Origin: Octopus vulgaris
Taxonomy: Eukaryota
Assembly (NCBI GenBank): GCA_951406725.2
Contig: OX597839.1
Location: 17,856,001 to 17,920,000, forward strand
DNA length: 64,000 nt
Direction: 5' to 3'
Position 1 is the first letter of the stretch; each line of letters starts with the position of its first letter. The notes beneath the pieces are model-generated. The model made no database searches. It was given only the letters and a program-made list of their open reading frames with translations, and was not told the origin of the DNA. Position numbers and translations under genes: made by a program. This document shows, in pieces, positions 1 to 14,036 of the stretch.

Positions 1-280
1 GCTGCTGCTGTTGTTTTTGTTGTTGCTCTTGTTTTCGTTTTTTAGCCTCTGGTCAACCACGATCAAGTTGAACTGAAATGTAATTTATTTTTCAAAACAA
101 TCTATTTAGGACTACATTATCCAATATGTCCTTCTGCCTGCTTTTTTTTTTATTCAATTTTGATTTATAGACAGTCAAGTGTGATTTGAGGCAGATTTGT
201 TTACTCCTTCTAGCAAGTCAAATGACAAAGTAAACACTCTCTTATATGTTTAGAATAGTTTGTATATTAGCTGCCTTTAA

Positions 281-516
281 CTCTTTACCTGTCATGTTTA
301 TCACATTTGATAGACAGGACATATTTCCTTGGAGTCTTTACATCATATATGATACACATGCACAATTTTTTCCAACCACCAGAACAACCTGAGCCTTATG
401 AAAGGAAAGTTTTATATTAGTCAAAATATGTTAACTAAAAGGGTTAACTAAAAGTCTGAAACCAAGCATGGACATTTATGACAAGCTTAAGGAAAACACT
501 TTGAACAGGCAAAAGG
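281..516. mobile_element. Non-autonomous DNA transposon (MITE) with TTAA target duplication, piggyBac/Kolobok-like
   Basis: TTAA (277-280) then CTCTTTACCTGTC at the left end; GAACAGGCAAAAGG then TTAA (517-520) at the right end, forming imperfect TIRs. A related copy lies at about 4097-4260. Confidence 0.6.
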
Positions 517-764
517 TTAAGAAGCATGTTAGCTGAGGAAGCCAAAGAGTAAAAGCAGTTGATTGTGAGTTAACTTTCAAAATAATCTAATAAGATGCCT
601 AGAAAATGTCACCATTGAAACTCGAGACTGTAGTTTTATCAGCTGTATTAGAGTGACTTCATCACTCAGATGTTTTAGTTTTATCAGCTGTATTTTATGG
701 GAGTGATTTCATCACTCAGATTTTTCTGTTTTTTGTTGTCATGACAACCAAAGGGTTTTTTTAT

Positions 765-931
765 CTTGTTTCAGTCAGTGAATTGTGGCCATGCAATGGC
801 ACTACCTTGAAAGATTTAGTCAAACAAATCAACACTAGTACTTATTCTATTGGCCACTTTTATCAAACTGCTAAATTATGGGGACATAAACAAACCAACA
901 TCAATTGTCAAGCAGTGGTGAGAGACACACT

Positions 932-973
<42 letters not shown>

Positions 974-1138
974 TGCATATATATGATAGGTTACTTTCAG
1001 TTTTCATCTACCAAATCCACTCACAAAGCTTTGGTCAGCCCAGAGCTACAGCAGAAGATAATTGCCCAAGATGCTATGCAGTGGGACTGAACCCAAGACC
1101 ACTTGATTGGGAAGCAAGCTTCTTACTATACAGCCAGT
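765..1138 (-). mobile_element. Degenerate SINE family A copy (tRNA head, CORE-like body, internal microsatellite)
   Basis: Reverse-complement match to the well-preserved copy at 2827-3243, with an internal (CA)n tract. Confidence 0.8.
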
Positions 1139-1438
1139 ATTCCTGGGAGGGTGATGAGTGTAGAGTCTCCAGGCGCCTTGTCCATAGTGTCCTCTCAGAA
1201 ACAACCATCATTAAACTTTTTGGCTGGATTCCCAAGTGTGATCATTCCAAAAATAAACCATAACAAACCCTGTGACTTGGCAGTTCAGCAAAATAGACTG
1301 ATTGAGTTAGTACTAGGTTTCAAAAACAAATATTTAGTACTGGGGGTGATTTGTTTGAATAAGTTCTTCAAACAAATTATTATCATTATTATTAACAATT
1401 ATTAATTCTTCAAAAAAAATCGTTATCATTATTATTGA

Positions 1439-1838
1439 CTAGCAGCATAGCCCGGCGTTGCCCGGGTATGTAAGAGCCCCTAGTAGGCAACGACTAATCC
1501 CAATCTAGTTCTTTCCCTCTAGGGAACGAAGGCGCATGTGTAGGTTGCAATGTCTTCTCTTTACTTGAATACTTCTATGTATACGATGTTCCTAGCTGTC
1601 TCCCGACAGAAAATGTGTTGCATATAAAAAGCTTAGATTCTTGACCCCATGTCGAATTTATCAATTTTTTTCAGAACTGGGGGAACTTTTCAAAATTTTT
1701 GCTGCGTTAGTTTTGAATTATGACATTGGGCTATGTGTGTGTCAAGTTTCATCAGAATCGGTTGAAAGCCGTGGTCAGGGTGAGGGTACAACCTGACAGA
1801 CACACAGACAGACAAACTGCCATTTATATATATAGAGA
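1439..1838 (-). mobile_element. Non-autonomous Helitron
   Basis: The minus strand starts A|TCTCTATATATATAAA followed by (CTGT)n. It ends with the GC-rich hairpin CCCGGGCAACGCCGGG and CTAG|T. Inserted at an AT dinucleotide with no TSD. Confidence 0.85.
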
Positions 1839-2320
1839 TAACAGCCATTAGCAGAATTGGTGGAGTCAGTAGTATTTACTTACTACCATTCGTGCTTCTT
1901 GGTTCAAATCTTGCAAGAATTTACTTTTCTTTTGATCCTTCTTGAGCTCAATAAACTAAGTACAAATCAAGGATAGGGTTTGAGTTACTCTTCCCCTTCT
2001 CATACACAGCAGTTTGGAGTGGTTATCTCCTTTTCAGTTACAGAAGCCAAATGGTGTACTTAAACATTTGTCTACAGTGAGAAATGTTTTCAGTGTCAAA
2101 ATTCAATGAATGGCTTTCATACAGATTCAAATATGCCCCAAGCATATTTGAACTGGTAATAACATTGCATTTATACACATCACTACTTAATGCTCTCAAC
2201 CCATAATAAAAAATAAGTATTAAGGTTGATGTGCTTGGCTAAAAACATTTCAAAAGGGTGCTCTAGCATGGTCACAGTTCAATGACTTAAACAAGCAAAC
2301 AATAAAAGGGAAAAGTTAGC

Positions 2321-2632
2321 ATCATCATCATCGTTTAACATCCGTTTTCCATGCTAGCATGGGTTGGACGAATGACTGAGGACTGGTGAACCAGATGGCT
2401 GCACCATGCTTCAATCTTGATCTGGCAGAGTTTCTACAGCTGGATGCCCTTCCTAATGCCAACTGCTCCGAGAGTGTAGTGGGTGCTTTTACGTGCCACC
2501 AGCACGGGGTCAGTCAGGCTGCACTGGCAACAACCTCGCTCGAATCTTTTACACATGCCACCGGCACAGGTGCCAGTAAGGCGATGCTGGTAATGATCAT
2601 GCTCGATTGGTGTCTTTTATGTGCCACCGGTA
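2321..2632 (-). mobile_element. RTE LINE 3' end (3'UTR and (GAT)n tail)
   Basis: Reverse complement of the 3' end of the RTE at 32408-34250 (ctggatgcccttcctaa; (cat)n tail). Confidence 0.8.
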
Positions 2633-2826
2633 CAAAAGTAAAAAAGAACTATGTTGTTTCTGACCCTTTTTTTTTAGACCTATCATCAGGAAAAGATCAT
2701 AACAGCCATTACATAATCCTGTAGAAGGCCAGTGTGACTTATAGTTACACTGACCTTCTAGAAGAATTCATTTAGTATTGAGAGTTGGTCTGTAAGAAAT
2801 TCTGCAAGAATTACTGCAGCAATAGT

Positions 2827-3243
2827 AGGCATAGGAGTGGCTGTGTGGTAAGTAGCTTGTTTACCAACCACATGGTTCCGGGTTCAGTCCCACTGCGTGG
2901 CACCTTGGGCAAGTATCTTCTACTATAGCCTTGGGTGGACCAAAGCCTTGTTAGTGGATTTGGTAGACAGAAACTGAAAGAAGCCCATTGTATATATGTA
3001 TATATATATATATATATGTGTATATGTTCGTGTGTCTGCGTTTGTCTCCCCAACATCGCTTGACAACCGATGCTGGTGTGTTTACATCCCCGTAACTTAG
3101 CGGTTCGGCAAAAGAGATCTGATAGAATAAGTACTAGGCTTACAAAGAATAAGTCCTGGGGTCGATTTGCTTGACTAAAGGCAGTGCTCCAGCATGGTCA
3201 CAGTCACATGACTGAAACAAGTAAAAAGTAAAAAGTAAGTAAA
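2827..3243 (+). mobile_element. Full-length SINE family A (tRNA-derived head, CORE-like ACCTTGGGCAAGT, internal (TA)n(TG)n, LINE-like tail)
   Basis: A-box-like TGGCTGTGTGGT, B-box-like GGTTCAGTCCC and a (GTAAAAA)n tail. More than 15 copies occur in the window. Resembles octopus OR2-type CORE-SINEs (family name inferred). Confidence 0.9.
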
Positions 3244-3504
3244 ATCCCGTAATCATGACTATACTCATGCTAGATTTCTATAAGAATTCATTTTACATCT
3301 GAAATCAGTCTACCAGAAGTTTTGTAAGAATTTTTCCAACAATGGAGAGAAGAGACATGCCTCACAATTTTCTACACTGTATACCTTATTGCAGCCCCTA
3401 TTTGTTCCATTTACTTCTCAAGATTTTTACTCACTGTTCCCAGGGCTCTGACATTATTGGTACTAGTACCACCTTTTTCATCGACCACAACTGCTTAACC
3501 TCCC

Positions 3505-3733
3505 AAGCTAACCAGGATAAATTGATGGAGAAAGAAATGACAGAAAAATTTAAGGTAGAGTACTTGCACAGACTGAGACTGATCCTTAAGTCAAAATTAA
3601 ACAGACGGAATAAGATTGAAGCTATCAACACCTGGGCAGATTCACTCCTTAGGTATGGAGCAGGGATAATTGCATGGACATTCGATGAGCTAAACAGCTT
3701 AGACGGAGAGACAAGGGGGTTGCTAACTAGATA
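3505..3733 (+). mobile_element. Non-LTR retrotransposon RT fragment, R4/Dong-like
   Basis: Translation EYLHRLRLILKSKLNRRNKIEAINTWADSLLRYGAGIIAWTFDELNSLDGETRGLLT matches the thumb-region signature of R4-type RTs. Confidence 0.7.
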
Positions 3734-5254
3734 TATTATTATTATTTTACAGCAAAATATCCATCTGAAAATTTTATTGGCTCTGTTTAATTGGTGGGGT
3801 CGACAAAAAAATTCCTTTCAAATACATTCAGAGAAGTTTCTTGGTTTGGTTTCTTTCAGTGCAATCTTGCATTTGTTTGGCTTTCCATCTTTGATTCTGC
3901 ATATTTCTAAGTCTTCTTTGTGTTTCTGTCTTCATTTCCTTGACATAAGGAATCAGATTGTTGTTGTTGTCAAATTTAGCGTCACTCCTCTCTGCAATTA
4001 GTTTGTATAGTGTGTGATCATTTTCATCAAACCAATCAAATGGCTATACATTACTTGGGCTAAAATTTTTTGCTGCAGCACCAAGTACTGCTGATTTTAC
4101 CATTTGCCTGCCATGTGTATCACATGTGACACACAGGACATATTTCTCTGGCATCTGTGCATGATATATGATACATATTCTCAATTTTTCTAGCACATTT
4201 TCAAGACAGTATAAAAACTCTCACAGTGTTTAGCCCAAAGTCAGTGCTGAACAGGCAAATCTATGATACCTTACAATCTGTTTTTTAATCTTTGTAATAA
4301 CTCCAGACAACATTTTATATGTTGGAATTTTTTGAAGACAAGTGTAAGTATGATTGTGTGGACAAGAAACTTGCCTCCTAACCATGTGATCTTAGATTCA
4401 GCCCCATTGCACAGCACAGCACCTTGGATAAGTTTTCTGCTATAGCCCCAAAACAAACAGAAAATGCATGAAGCCTGTTGTGTGTGTGTGTATACACACA
4501 CACACTCACAAATATACACACATGACTCTGTAAAATGGTTGGTACTAGGAAGAGCATCTAGCCTTGAAAACCATGCCAAAGTAGACATGACCACTTCTGG
4601 TGCCATGTAAAAGCACCCAGTCCACTCTGTAAAGCAGTAGGTTTTAGGAAGGGCACACATCCATAAAAGCCAGGCCAAAACAGACAGTGGAACTTGGTGC
4701 AGTTCTCTAGCTTGCTACCTGCTGTCAAACCATACAACCCATACCAGCTTGGATTATGCACATTAAATGATGAGGATGATGATGTGTGTGTGTGTATGTG
4801 TTTATGTGTAGCTTGTCTAGACATCATGTGATGAACATAAATGAGCATCATGATGATATAAAGTGATGTCATTTGTTTATAATGTTCCATAAAAACATGT
4901 CTAGCTATAGGAAAATTACCTTCGTTGGCAACAGGGAGGACATCCATCTGGCTGTACAAAATCTGCCTTAACCAAGTCCGTCTGACCTATACCAATATGG
5001 AAAGGTGAACATTAAATGATTATATTGTTGAAACTATCTATTTCATAAACACCTCAATTTGTAAACAATAAATGCTAGCAATACATGTTAAAACAACTAT
5101 TTCAAGTTCACACATTTCATTACATTTTTAGCTCTTTGTATCAGCTCCAAACAGGCAGACCTAAGATAGAAAGTGTTCCAGTCATGACCATACCATCGAT
5201 TTTTCAGTGTTTATGCATACCCCAGACTATATATTTTTATCTTTTATCCGTTAC

Positions 5255-5902
5255 CTTTTACTTGTTTCATTCATTAGACTACTGCCATGCTGGGGCACTG
5301 CCTTAAAGAATTTTAGTCAAACAAATTGACTCCAGTACCTTATTTTTTTTTTCCTGTAAATCCTGGCCGTTATTCTATGGGGCTTTTCTGCTCAAATGCT
5401 ATGTTACAAGGATGTAAATATTAAAAACACCAGTTGTTGTCAAGCAGTAGGGCAGGAGAAAACACACACACACAGACGCACAAACCATGCCGAAACTGAC
5501 CTCACCTGTGCTTGTGCCTCGGAAAAAGCACTCAGTCCACCCTGCAGAGTGCTTGGTATTAGGAAGGGTATCCAGCCATAAATACCATGCTAAAACAGAC
5601 AGCAAAGAATGGTGCAATCTTCTGCAAACAGTCCAACCCATACCAGCTTGGAAAGCAGAGATTAAATGACAATGAGGATATACACGAACACACACACACA
5701 CACACACATATATATAGGTACACACACACACACAACAGGTTTCTTTGTTTACTTCAGTTCTGTCCACTGAATCCACTCACAAGGCTTTGGTTGACTTGAT
5801 ACTATAGTAGAAGACACTTGCCTAAGGTGCCATGCAGTGGAACTGAACATGGAACCATGTTGTTGGGAAGCAAACGTCTTACCACACAGCCATACCTGCA
5901 CC
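5255..5902 (-). mobile_element. SINE family A interrupted by an RTE 3' fragment (about 5480-5677, + strand) in its microsatellite
   Basis: Both SINE halves flank a + strand RTE tail (ttggtattaggaagggtatccagcc). Confidence 0.7.
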
Positions 5903-6270
5903 TGTAATTACAGGGAGATTTGACAGCCATTCTTAGCAAAATCGGAGAACCACATAGAGAGGCCATCGTTGCAGGTTGGCTGGCTGGTCACAGCAGAGCT
6001 CATGATTTACTGAGCTGAGATCAGATCCCCACCGCACAAGAGAGAGTAGATAAAATATTTATTAGTACAAGAGACCTCTAGGAGGAGACACGGTGAATAG
6101 TTGAATAGTGTCTACATTTAATACTAGCAGTTTATTCACTTCCTATTGATAGGCAATGAAAAGGAAGAAAGAAAAAGAGAAGCAAGAAAATGAACAACTT
6201 TATCTTGACATGATCAACATATATTATTACTTCAAAAGGTTTTATTCAAATAAAACTATTTCAGTGTCTA

Positions 6271-6306
<36 letters not shown>

Positions 6307-7309
6307 ACAAAATGCAAAAACATTCAGACTTGAAATAAATAAATAAATAAAGACATAAAGAGTAAAATAAATCTTTTAATTTTTCTCTTTTTTTTTTCTT
6401 ATAGTCACCACATGCAGACTTCAATTTTTTTTTTACTGCCACCAATTTTATATACACACATATATATACATCATATATATCTATATGTACATGCACACAT
6501 ACATACATATATATATATATACATATGTACACATAAATATATATATATGTGCACATAGATATATGCATATATTTATATATATGTATGTATATATATATTT
6601 ATATATATAAATATATATATGCATACACAGACATGTATATATCTATATACATACGTATATGAGCGTTTTTGTATGTGTGTAATTTCATTGTATGTCATAA
6701 AAAGTTCAGTACTAGCTGACACATTTAAATCTATATAACCTTAACTTACCTCTAAGATATTGTACAGAACACAGATGAAAATCTTTCTTCGTGTTTCAAA
6801 TACAACCCAGGGAGAAATTTTTGAATTGGAAGAAAAAAGATAAATAAACAAACAAATAAATAACAAAAAAAAACAAAACAAAATCAACACTATATACTTG
6901 AATGGAAATGGTTTTTCAAATGTCCTCTCTTTCATTTTTTTGTTAAAAAGAAAATATAAAACAAACTACATTTATCGTGATCTTGTCAAGATTATGTTGC
7001 TACCTTGAAAGCATGAAAGGCAAAGGCGTAGTTAGTTTAAACTGCTGTCTTATTAATCTTCTGGGTTCAAATCCTTTCATAGAAATTTCATATTTTTCTG
7101 TGATAAAATTTACAAACAGTTCACATCGTTATTGTTATCGCCATCATTGTTTTTAATGTCTAATTTTCCATGCTGTCATGGATCACATGGAATTTGTTGA
7201 GGCAGGTTTTCTACAGTTAGATGCTTTACCTGTTTCCAAGTAAGGTAATATTTCCCCATGACCAAACATGTTTTTCATGGATGTTTGGAAAGAAAGGGTA
7301 CCTATTTTT

Positions 7310-7531
7310 TTTACTACCCACAAGGGGCTAAACACAGAAGGGACAAACAAGGACAGACAAACGGATTAAGTCGATTACATCGACCCCACTGCATAACTGG
7401 TACTTATTTAATCGACTCCGAAAGGATGAGAGGCTAAGTCGACCTCGGTGGAATTTAAACTCAGAATGTATCGCCGACGAAATACGGCCACGCATTTCGC
7501 CCGGCGTGCTAACGATTCTGCCAGCTCGCCT
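7310..7531 (-). mobile_element. SINE family B (tRNA-like head, Meta-domain-like body)
   Basis: Reverse complement of 50531-50761, containing the gcctttcatcctttcggggtcgataaa-taagtaccag block. Other copies lie at 14548-14768, 23545-23775, 30845-31047, 39845-40030, 42025-42240, 57789-58008 and 63620-63835. Confidence 0.85.
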
Positions 7532-8104
7532 GAAGTCACGAAAGGGGACAGTGTCACTTACACACACATGCAATGGGCGTCTTTCAGTTCCCATCTACCC
7601 AATTCACTCGCAAAGCTTTGGTTTACTCAGGGCTAGTGAAGACACTTGCCCAAGGTACCATGCAGTGGGACTGAACATCAAGTGGTTGGAAAATAAACTT
7701 ATCACACATCTTTGCCAATACCATATTCCCAAAGTATAATAAATAATTTCTTCACTGTGAGCGAAAGACATTTAGCATCTCATGCATAACTCTTCATCAG
7801 AGAAAAAGGAAGAGTCTTGCTTTAAAGATAGAGATCTATGATAAAGTCACATGTGCATGGTTTTGGTAAACACACATGTTTAGCCTCACTTTAGAAATTA
7901 GGAATTGTGAACATCTGTTGTTTACAGTAATGCTACACAAGAAGAAGAAAAGGATAAACATTTAGCAAGGACTGATTTAAAACAACTTTGGTAGTCCTTC
8001 CACTCCTCAAGGGGCTTTTCTCCCACTGAACTTCCAGAGACAGAAGAAGGAGAATTCAGTTAGTCTGAGGGAGAGACAATCAGTTGCAGGGATTGCCAAG
8101 AAAG

Positions 8105-8179
<75 letters not shown>

Positions 8180-9204
8180 TGTGTGTGCAGATAGATAGAT
8201 AGATATACACAGGCAAGCACATAGTTGCAGAAGGTGGAAATATAGTACCAATATATTACTTATTAAAGCTGAAAAATAAATATATATAGATAGATTTTTA
8301 TTTACATAACTATACATATATCTTTTTCATTATTACTAACAGAAGCAATATTAGTTCAAAATAGCCATCTGTGTATCATACTTGAAACAGATACATTGTT
8401 AAGAATATGTGTTCCGAACATGATACATCCATAAGATATACTTTCTTGGAATGAATACCTCATTTTAAGAAGCTTACTTACATTGATGTATCTACATTAA
8501 GTATGATATACGGATTGCTATATACATTACATATGTGAGTGTGTATTTGATATTTTTATCTGTTTACTTCTGACATAGTCACCAGACTATAACCTTGCTG
8601 GGGCACAGCCTTCAGTGGTTTTAGTCAAACAGATTGGTAGCAGTACATATTCTTACATCTAGTACTTATTCTATCAGCCTATTTTCCTAGGGACAGAAAC
8701 AAACCGACATCAGTTGTCAGACAGAAGAAGTACAAATACAAAAATATATATGCATATACATGCAAAGAAATACATATTTGTATATATATATAAATATATA
8801 CAACAGTGTTCCATACATTTTCTGTCAACCAAATTCTCTCTTCAGGCATTGGTCAGCCTGGGGCTATGACAGGTGACACTAGCCCAAAGACGCCATGTAG
8901 CAGGGCTGAATCTGAAACCATTTGGTTATTTAGCAAGTGTCTTAACCATACAACTATGTCTGTGCTTATACAACATGTATGTGTGTGTGTGTGTGTATGT
9001 GTGTAATAAATACACACACATACAGAAAAACACTTGTAAATGAACAATCTGTACACACACACACACACACATACGTACACACATACACACACACACACGC
9101 ACAGAGGCAGGCATTCGTGCAATCTCGTACAAATTTTTATATCTATGTATGTGAATGTGTGTGTTTTGGTCATGCATATGTACACCCTCATGTTCTCACA
9201 CTCT

Positions 9205-9454
9205 CATATATATATATGTGCATATACGTGTATGTGTTAATATATGTATGTGCATATATATATATATATATACACACACACATACACACAAATGTGTATA
9301 TGTGTGTGTATATATATGTGTGTGTGTGTATATATATATGTGTGTATGTGTGTATATATATATGTGTGTGTATATATATATGTGTGTATGTGTATATATA
9401 TATGTATATGTATATATATATGTATATATATATGTATATATATATATGTATATA

Positions 9455-9496
<42 letters not shown>

Positions 9497-9510
9497 TGTA
9501 TATGTATATT
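9205..9510. repeat. Compound (TA)n/(TG)n microsatellite
   Basis: Seen directly; it is the source of the spurious YIYI/CVCV ORFs. Confidence 0.95.
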
Positions 9511-9875
9511 TCTTTATATACTTCAATTTTAGCCAATGTTTCTGAAAATCTAAGAATAATTTGTCTAATTTTCTATGACAAGTCTATCATTAGGAACAGA
9601 GAATGTCTGACAGTGATGAAACCCCAAAAGATAGTTGTTCTTTTCCTAAGATTCTTCCACTTCCATTCTTTCTTTGTTCCATTGTTACAGCTGTCTGCTG
9701 TACCAATTTTGCAGTTTTCCTTTCCTTCTTATTTTTTTTTTCTTACATGGTTTCTTAACCCAAACACATTCTGCATCCTGAGAACACACATAAATAGTGT
9801 TTTGTATGTGTGTGCATGTGTGTGTGTGTGTATAAATTATATATATAAATTACATAAATATATATGTAGTAAATG

Positions 9876-9920
<45 letters not shown>

Positions 9921-10443
9921 AGCATATATACATGGGTATGTATGCATGCATGTGCAGGCAATGGCTATGTGGTTAGGAAATTTGCATTACATCCATGTGG
10001 ATTTAGGTTCAACCCCACAGCACAGCACCTTTGGTTAGTGTCTTCTTGTATAACCTTGACCCTACCAATGCCTTTTCAGTGAATTTAGTTGATAGAAGTT
10101 GTGTAGAGACCCGATGTGTATGTATGTATGTGTGTGTGTCTATATGTGTGTGCGTGTGCTTATATACATGTATGTTTGAGTGTTTGTGTATTTGAGTTTG
10201 TCACCCCTGCACCAGCACCTCACAACCAGTGTTGGTTTGTTTATATCTGTGAGATTTCGATAGAATGAATACCAGACTTAAAGGTTCGTGTTGCTCCAGT
10301 CTACTCAGCTGTAAACGGACTTGCAATGGACCAGCACACTGTTCAGAGGGTCTGTTGGGTTTGATTTGTTTGACTAATCCTATAAGGTAGTGCTCCAGTT
10401 TGGCTGCTGTCTATCCAATGGCTAAAACAATAATAAGAGTATG

Positions 10444-10507
<64 letters not shown>

Positions 10508-10690
10508 TAAATATATATATATGTATTGATTAATTCTATATGAAAATATTTAATTATATATACAAAGACACACACATACCTATACATATGTATATATATA
10601 TATATGTATAAACTCAGACATATAGAATATGTATGTATGTACATATATATATAAATATATATATATATATATGTACATACATGCATATAC

Positions 10691-10723
<33 letters not shown>

Positions 10724-11227
10724 CATATATATATATAAATCATTCTATTTTATAAGCAAGTTGACTGTATTTATCCATTAGAGTTTTCTTCCTTTTATTG
10801 TTTTTGGTGAATTTTATTTACATTTTTTTTTAATATTCTGATGAAATGCAAGAAGTGAACCAAATAATATTTTGAATAAAAATTATTTTAAAAGGTGATG
10901 AGATAAAGTGGTAGTGGTGGTGGCAGTGGTGGTGGTAGTAGTAGTAGTAGAAGAAGGAAGAGGAGGTGAAGGAGGTGGAGGAGTGTTGTTTGTTAACCCC
11001 AGGTCTTTCCTAATTGAGCCAACACCAGTCAAAGACACTATGAGTATCCAGATCTGAACTAAGAAAGAGACTCCAGTATGGGTCACTCAACCAGCTAGAA
11101 GTATCAACCAAATCTCATACACTTCACAGCATATCATTTTAAAAATCAAATAATCATTGGAGAGTGGAAACGTCAGTACAATGTGTCTAAATAAAAGACA
11201 AAATGCTTACAAGTAGCTGTGACCATG

Positions 11228-11263
<36 letters not shown>

Positions 11264-11339
11264 AACTTAACAACTAGTGATTCTAAATAATTTTTGATTT
11301 ATAATTCACATATATGTATGTGTGCATATGTTTATCTAT

Positions 11340-11678
11340 TGCTTTACTTGTTCAGTTATCAGACTATGGCCATGTTGGGGCACCACCTTGAGTGCTTATT
11401 CTATCGGTCTCCTTTACTGAACTGCCAAGTTACAGGGACATAAACACACCAACATTAATTGTCATGATGGTAGGGAGACAAACACAGATACACAAATACA
11501 TATATGTATATGTACAACAGGTTTTTTTCAGTTTCTGTCTACCAAATCCACACACAAAGCATTGGTCAGTCCAAGGCTACAGTAACAGACACTTGCCCAA
11601 GGTGCCACACAGTGGGACTGAACCAGGAAACATGTGGTTGGGAAGCAAGATTCTTACCACACAGCCACTCCTGCACCT
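11340..11678 (-). mobile_element. SINE family A
   Basis: Reverse-complement match to 2827-3243. Confidence 0.8.
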
Positions 11679-11995
11679 GTTGTTATAGGATTCATTGTAT
11701 TAAAAGATATAATTTATCAGAGAAATTTAATTACTAAATGGTGAGTATGGAAACTGGGTAACCAATATTTTGAGTCCTAGGAACTCAAGACAGTAACGTC
11801 AAAGGGTGGTTGTTGTTGATGATGATGATGATGAAAACGATGACAACAATAGCTTCAGTGGGATTTGAACTCAAGATTCAAGAGCAGAAGCTGAAACAAT
11901 CCAATGTTGATGAGGATATTGATGATAAAAAGGTTGAAAGATAGTTATTCTTGGCAGGATTTCAGCTCAGAAAGTGAAGAACCAGAACAAACAAC

Positions 11996-12224
11996 TTAGC
12001 CCTTTTTGATACCAACTCTCCTGAGACCACCCCTAGTTTTATAATACAAACTTCCTCATTTAAAGTAATTTAAATCAAAGCCTTCCATCAAAATTCCATA
12101 TTAATTTATATTCCAGAACCAGGTTAATTATGACAAAGTTATTTTATTTAACTCTTCCTTATCTTAAAAATGAATTTAAACAAAGGCAGTGTGTTTCAAC
12201 AGAAACATAATAACAAATAGGTTC
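11996..12224. mobile_element. Degenerate TTAA-type MITE (related copy at about 22815-23040)
   Basis: Ends ttagccctttttgatacc and caaataggttca resemble TTAACCC/GGGTTAA termini; the internal sequence is shared with the 22.8 kb copy. Confidence 0.5.
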
Positions 12225-12474
12225 AGATATTTTCTTCCATGTTCTCGCTATTCTGCCTGTTCTTCCAGAGAAAAGCAAAATTTGGGCTGGTTGTTGCTTC
12301 TACGAGTTGACCCCAAGTTTATCTCATCTCCAGGGGAGTGGGGTTTATATAAATTGGAATATTGGTTATAGTTTAATTCATTTTTTTTAATGCTAAATAA
12401 TTTTATCTGTATGTCTGCTTGTGTTCTGTGTGTGTGAGTGTGCATATGTATGAAAGTAGTATGTAGGTATGTGT

Positions 12475-12511
<37 letters not shown>

Positions 12512-12771
12512 CCTTTTGCTTATTCTTTTTTATTTTTATTTATTTTTATTGTATCTTCTCCAAAGTAATTTAAAATAAAAACTAAAAGAAAAAATATATA
12601 TATATATAGTTTATTGTTATAGGATTTATTGTATTAAGAAATATAATTTATCAGAAAAATCTAATTACTAAATGGTGACTACGGACATATAATTATGCTT
12701 TTATTTTATTTTATGATATATTCATTTTTCTATTTTCTGATATAAAAAAAATATTAATTTTTATTTTTTTA

Positions 12772-12807
<36 letters not shown>

Positions 12808-13440
12808 CTGTGTGTATATGTGTATATATCGGTATGTGTGTGTGTGTGTATATATATATTTATATTTATATAAACGTTTTTTTCTTGTGGCTACACATAT
12901 TCTAAAATCATCAATATCTTATCAAGTGTGCGGTAAAATTTATTTCATACAGAGATTCATACACACATACACACACACACACACATGAAATAATTTATCT
13001 GTATATTAAAACAGTAGTCCATTCCTATCTTTTCAGTAACGCTAAGGGAAGTAAAGCAAACAGAATGAGAAACATACAGTTAGGTTGTTTTAGTCATGCT
13101 AGTGGTGTTGATAATGGTGAAAGGAGAAAGATAGATAGACAGAGAGAGAAAGAGAGGGGGAGTGAGAATAGGGGAATCAATGAAAAGAGAAAACATGAGG
13201 CAAATTGAGAAAAAGTAATGCAAAGTATTCTAAGTAATGCAAAGCTGGGTAAGACTAAGAGTGGAAGCTAAAGATGTGAGTGAAAGAGCAGAAAGTTGGT
13301 AGATTCAAACACACAAAGAGAGGAGAAGGAAGAATATGTGTATGTATTTATGTATATATATGTATATGTGCATATGTGTGTATATATATATATATAATAT
13401 AAATGTGTACATGTGTACGTATATATGTGTATATGTATAG

Positions 13441-13491
<51 letters not shown>

Positions 13492-13611
13492 TATATATGT
13501 CTATCTATATATGTATATATATATATGTATATGTATGTATGCATATATATGTGTGTATATATGTGTATGTATATATATATTTATATATCTTTATATATAT
13601 ATATATATATA

Positions 13612-14016
13612 TTGGCTGTGTGGTAAGTAGCTTGTTTACCAACCACATGGTTCCGGGTTCAGTCCCACTGCGTGGCATCTTGGGCAAGTGTCTTCTGCTA
13701 TAGCCTTGGGCCGACCAATGCCTTGTGAGTGGATTTGGTAGACGGAAACTGAAAGAAGCCTGTCGTATATATGTATATATATATATAAGTGTGTGTTTGT
13801 GGGTTTGTGTGTCTGTGTTTGTCCCCCTAGCATTGCTTGACAACCGATGCTGGTGTGTTTACATCCCCGTCACTTAGCGGTTCGGCAAAAGAGACCGATA
13901 GAATAAGTACTGGGCTTACAAAGAATAAGTCCCGGGGTCGATTTGCTCGACTAAAGGCGGTGCTCTAGCATGGCCGCAGTCAAATGACTGAAACGAGTAA
14001 AAGAGAGTAAAGAGTA
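13612..14016 (+). mobile_element. SINE family A, near full length
   Basis: Highly similar to 2827-3243 and 35110-35516. Confidence 0.9.
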
Positions 14017-14036
14017 TTTATATATCTCTATATATA

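Noticed and set aside
586-630. Hammerhead-like CTAATAA...GAAACTCGAG
   Set aside because: The core is doubly mutated, with no NUH or stem I; at most a remnant.
2650-2695. Minus-strand CTGATGA...GAAA (similar cases at 7790 and 54247)
   Set aside because: No credible stem I/III or cleavage triplet; likely chance core words.
2811-3056. Recurring ORFs with ASFSFCLPNPLTRLW / [12 protein letters not shown]
   Set aside because: They are translations of family A SINE copies, not a gene family.
8926-9545. Long YIYI/CVCV/HTHT ORFs (also at 13.4, 16.5, 38.8, 55.0 and 61.6-63.4 kb)
   Set aside because: They are translations of dinucleotide microsatellites, open in several frames.
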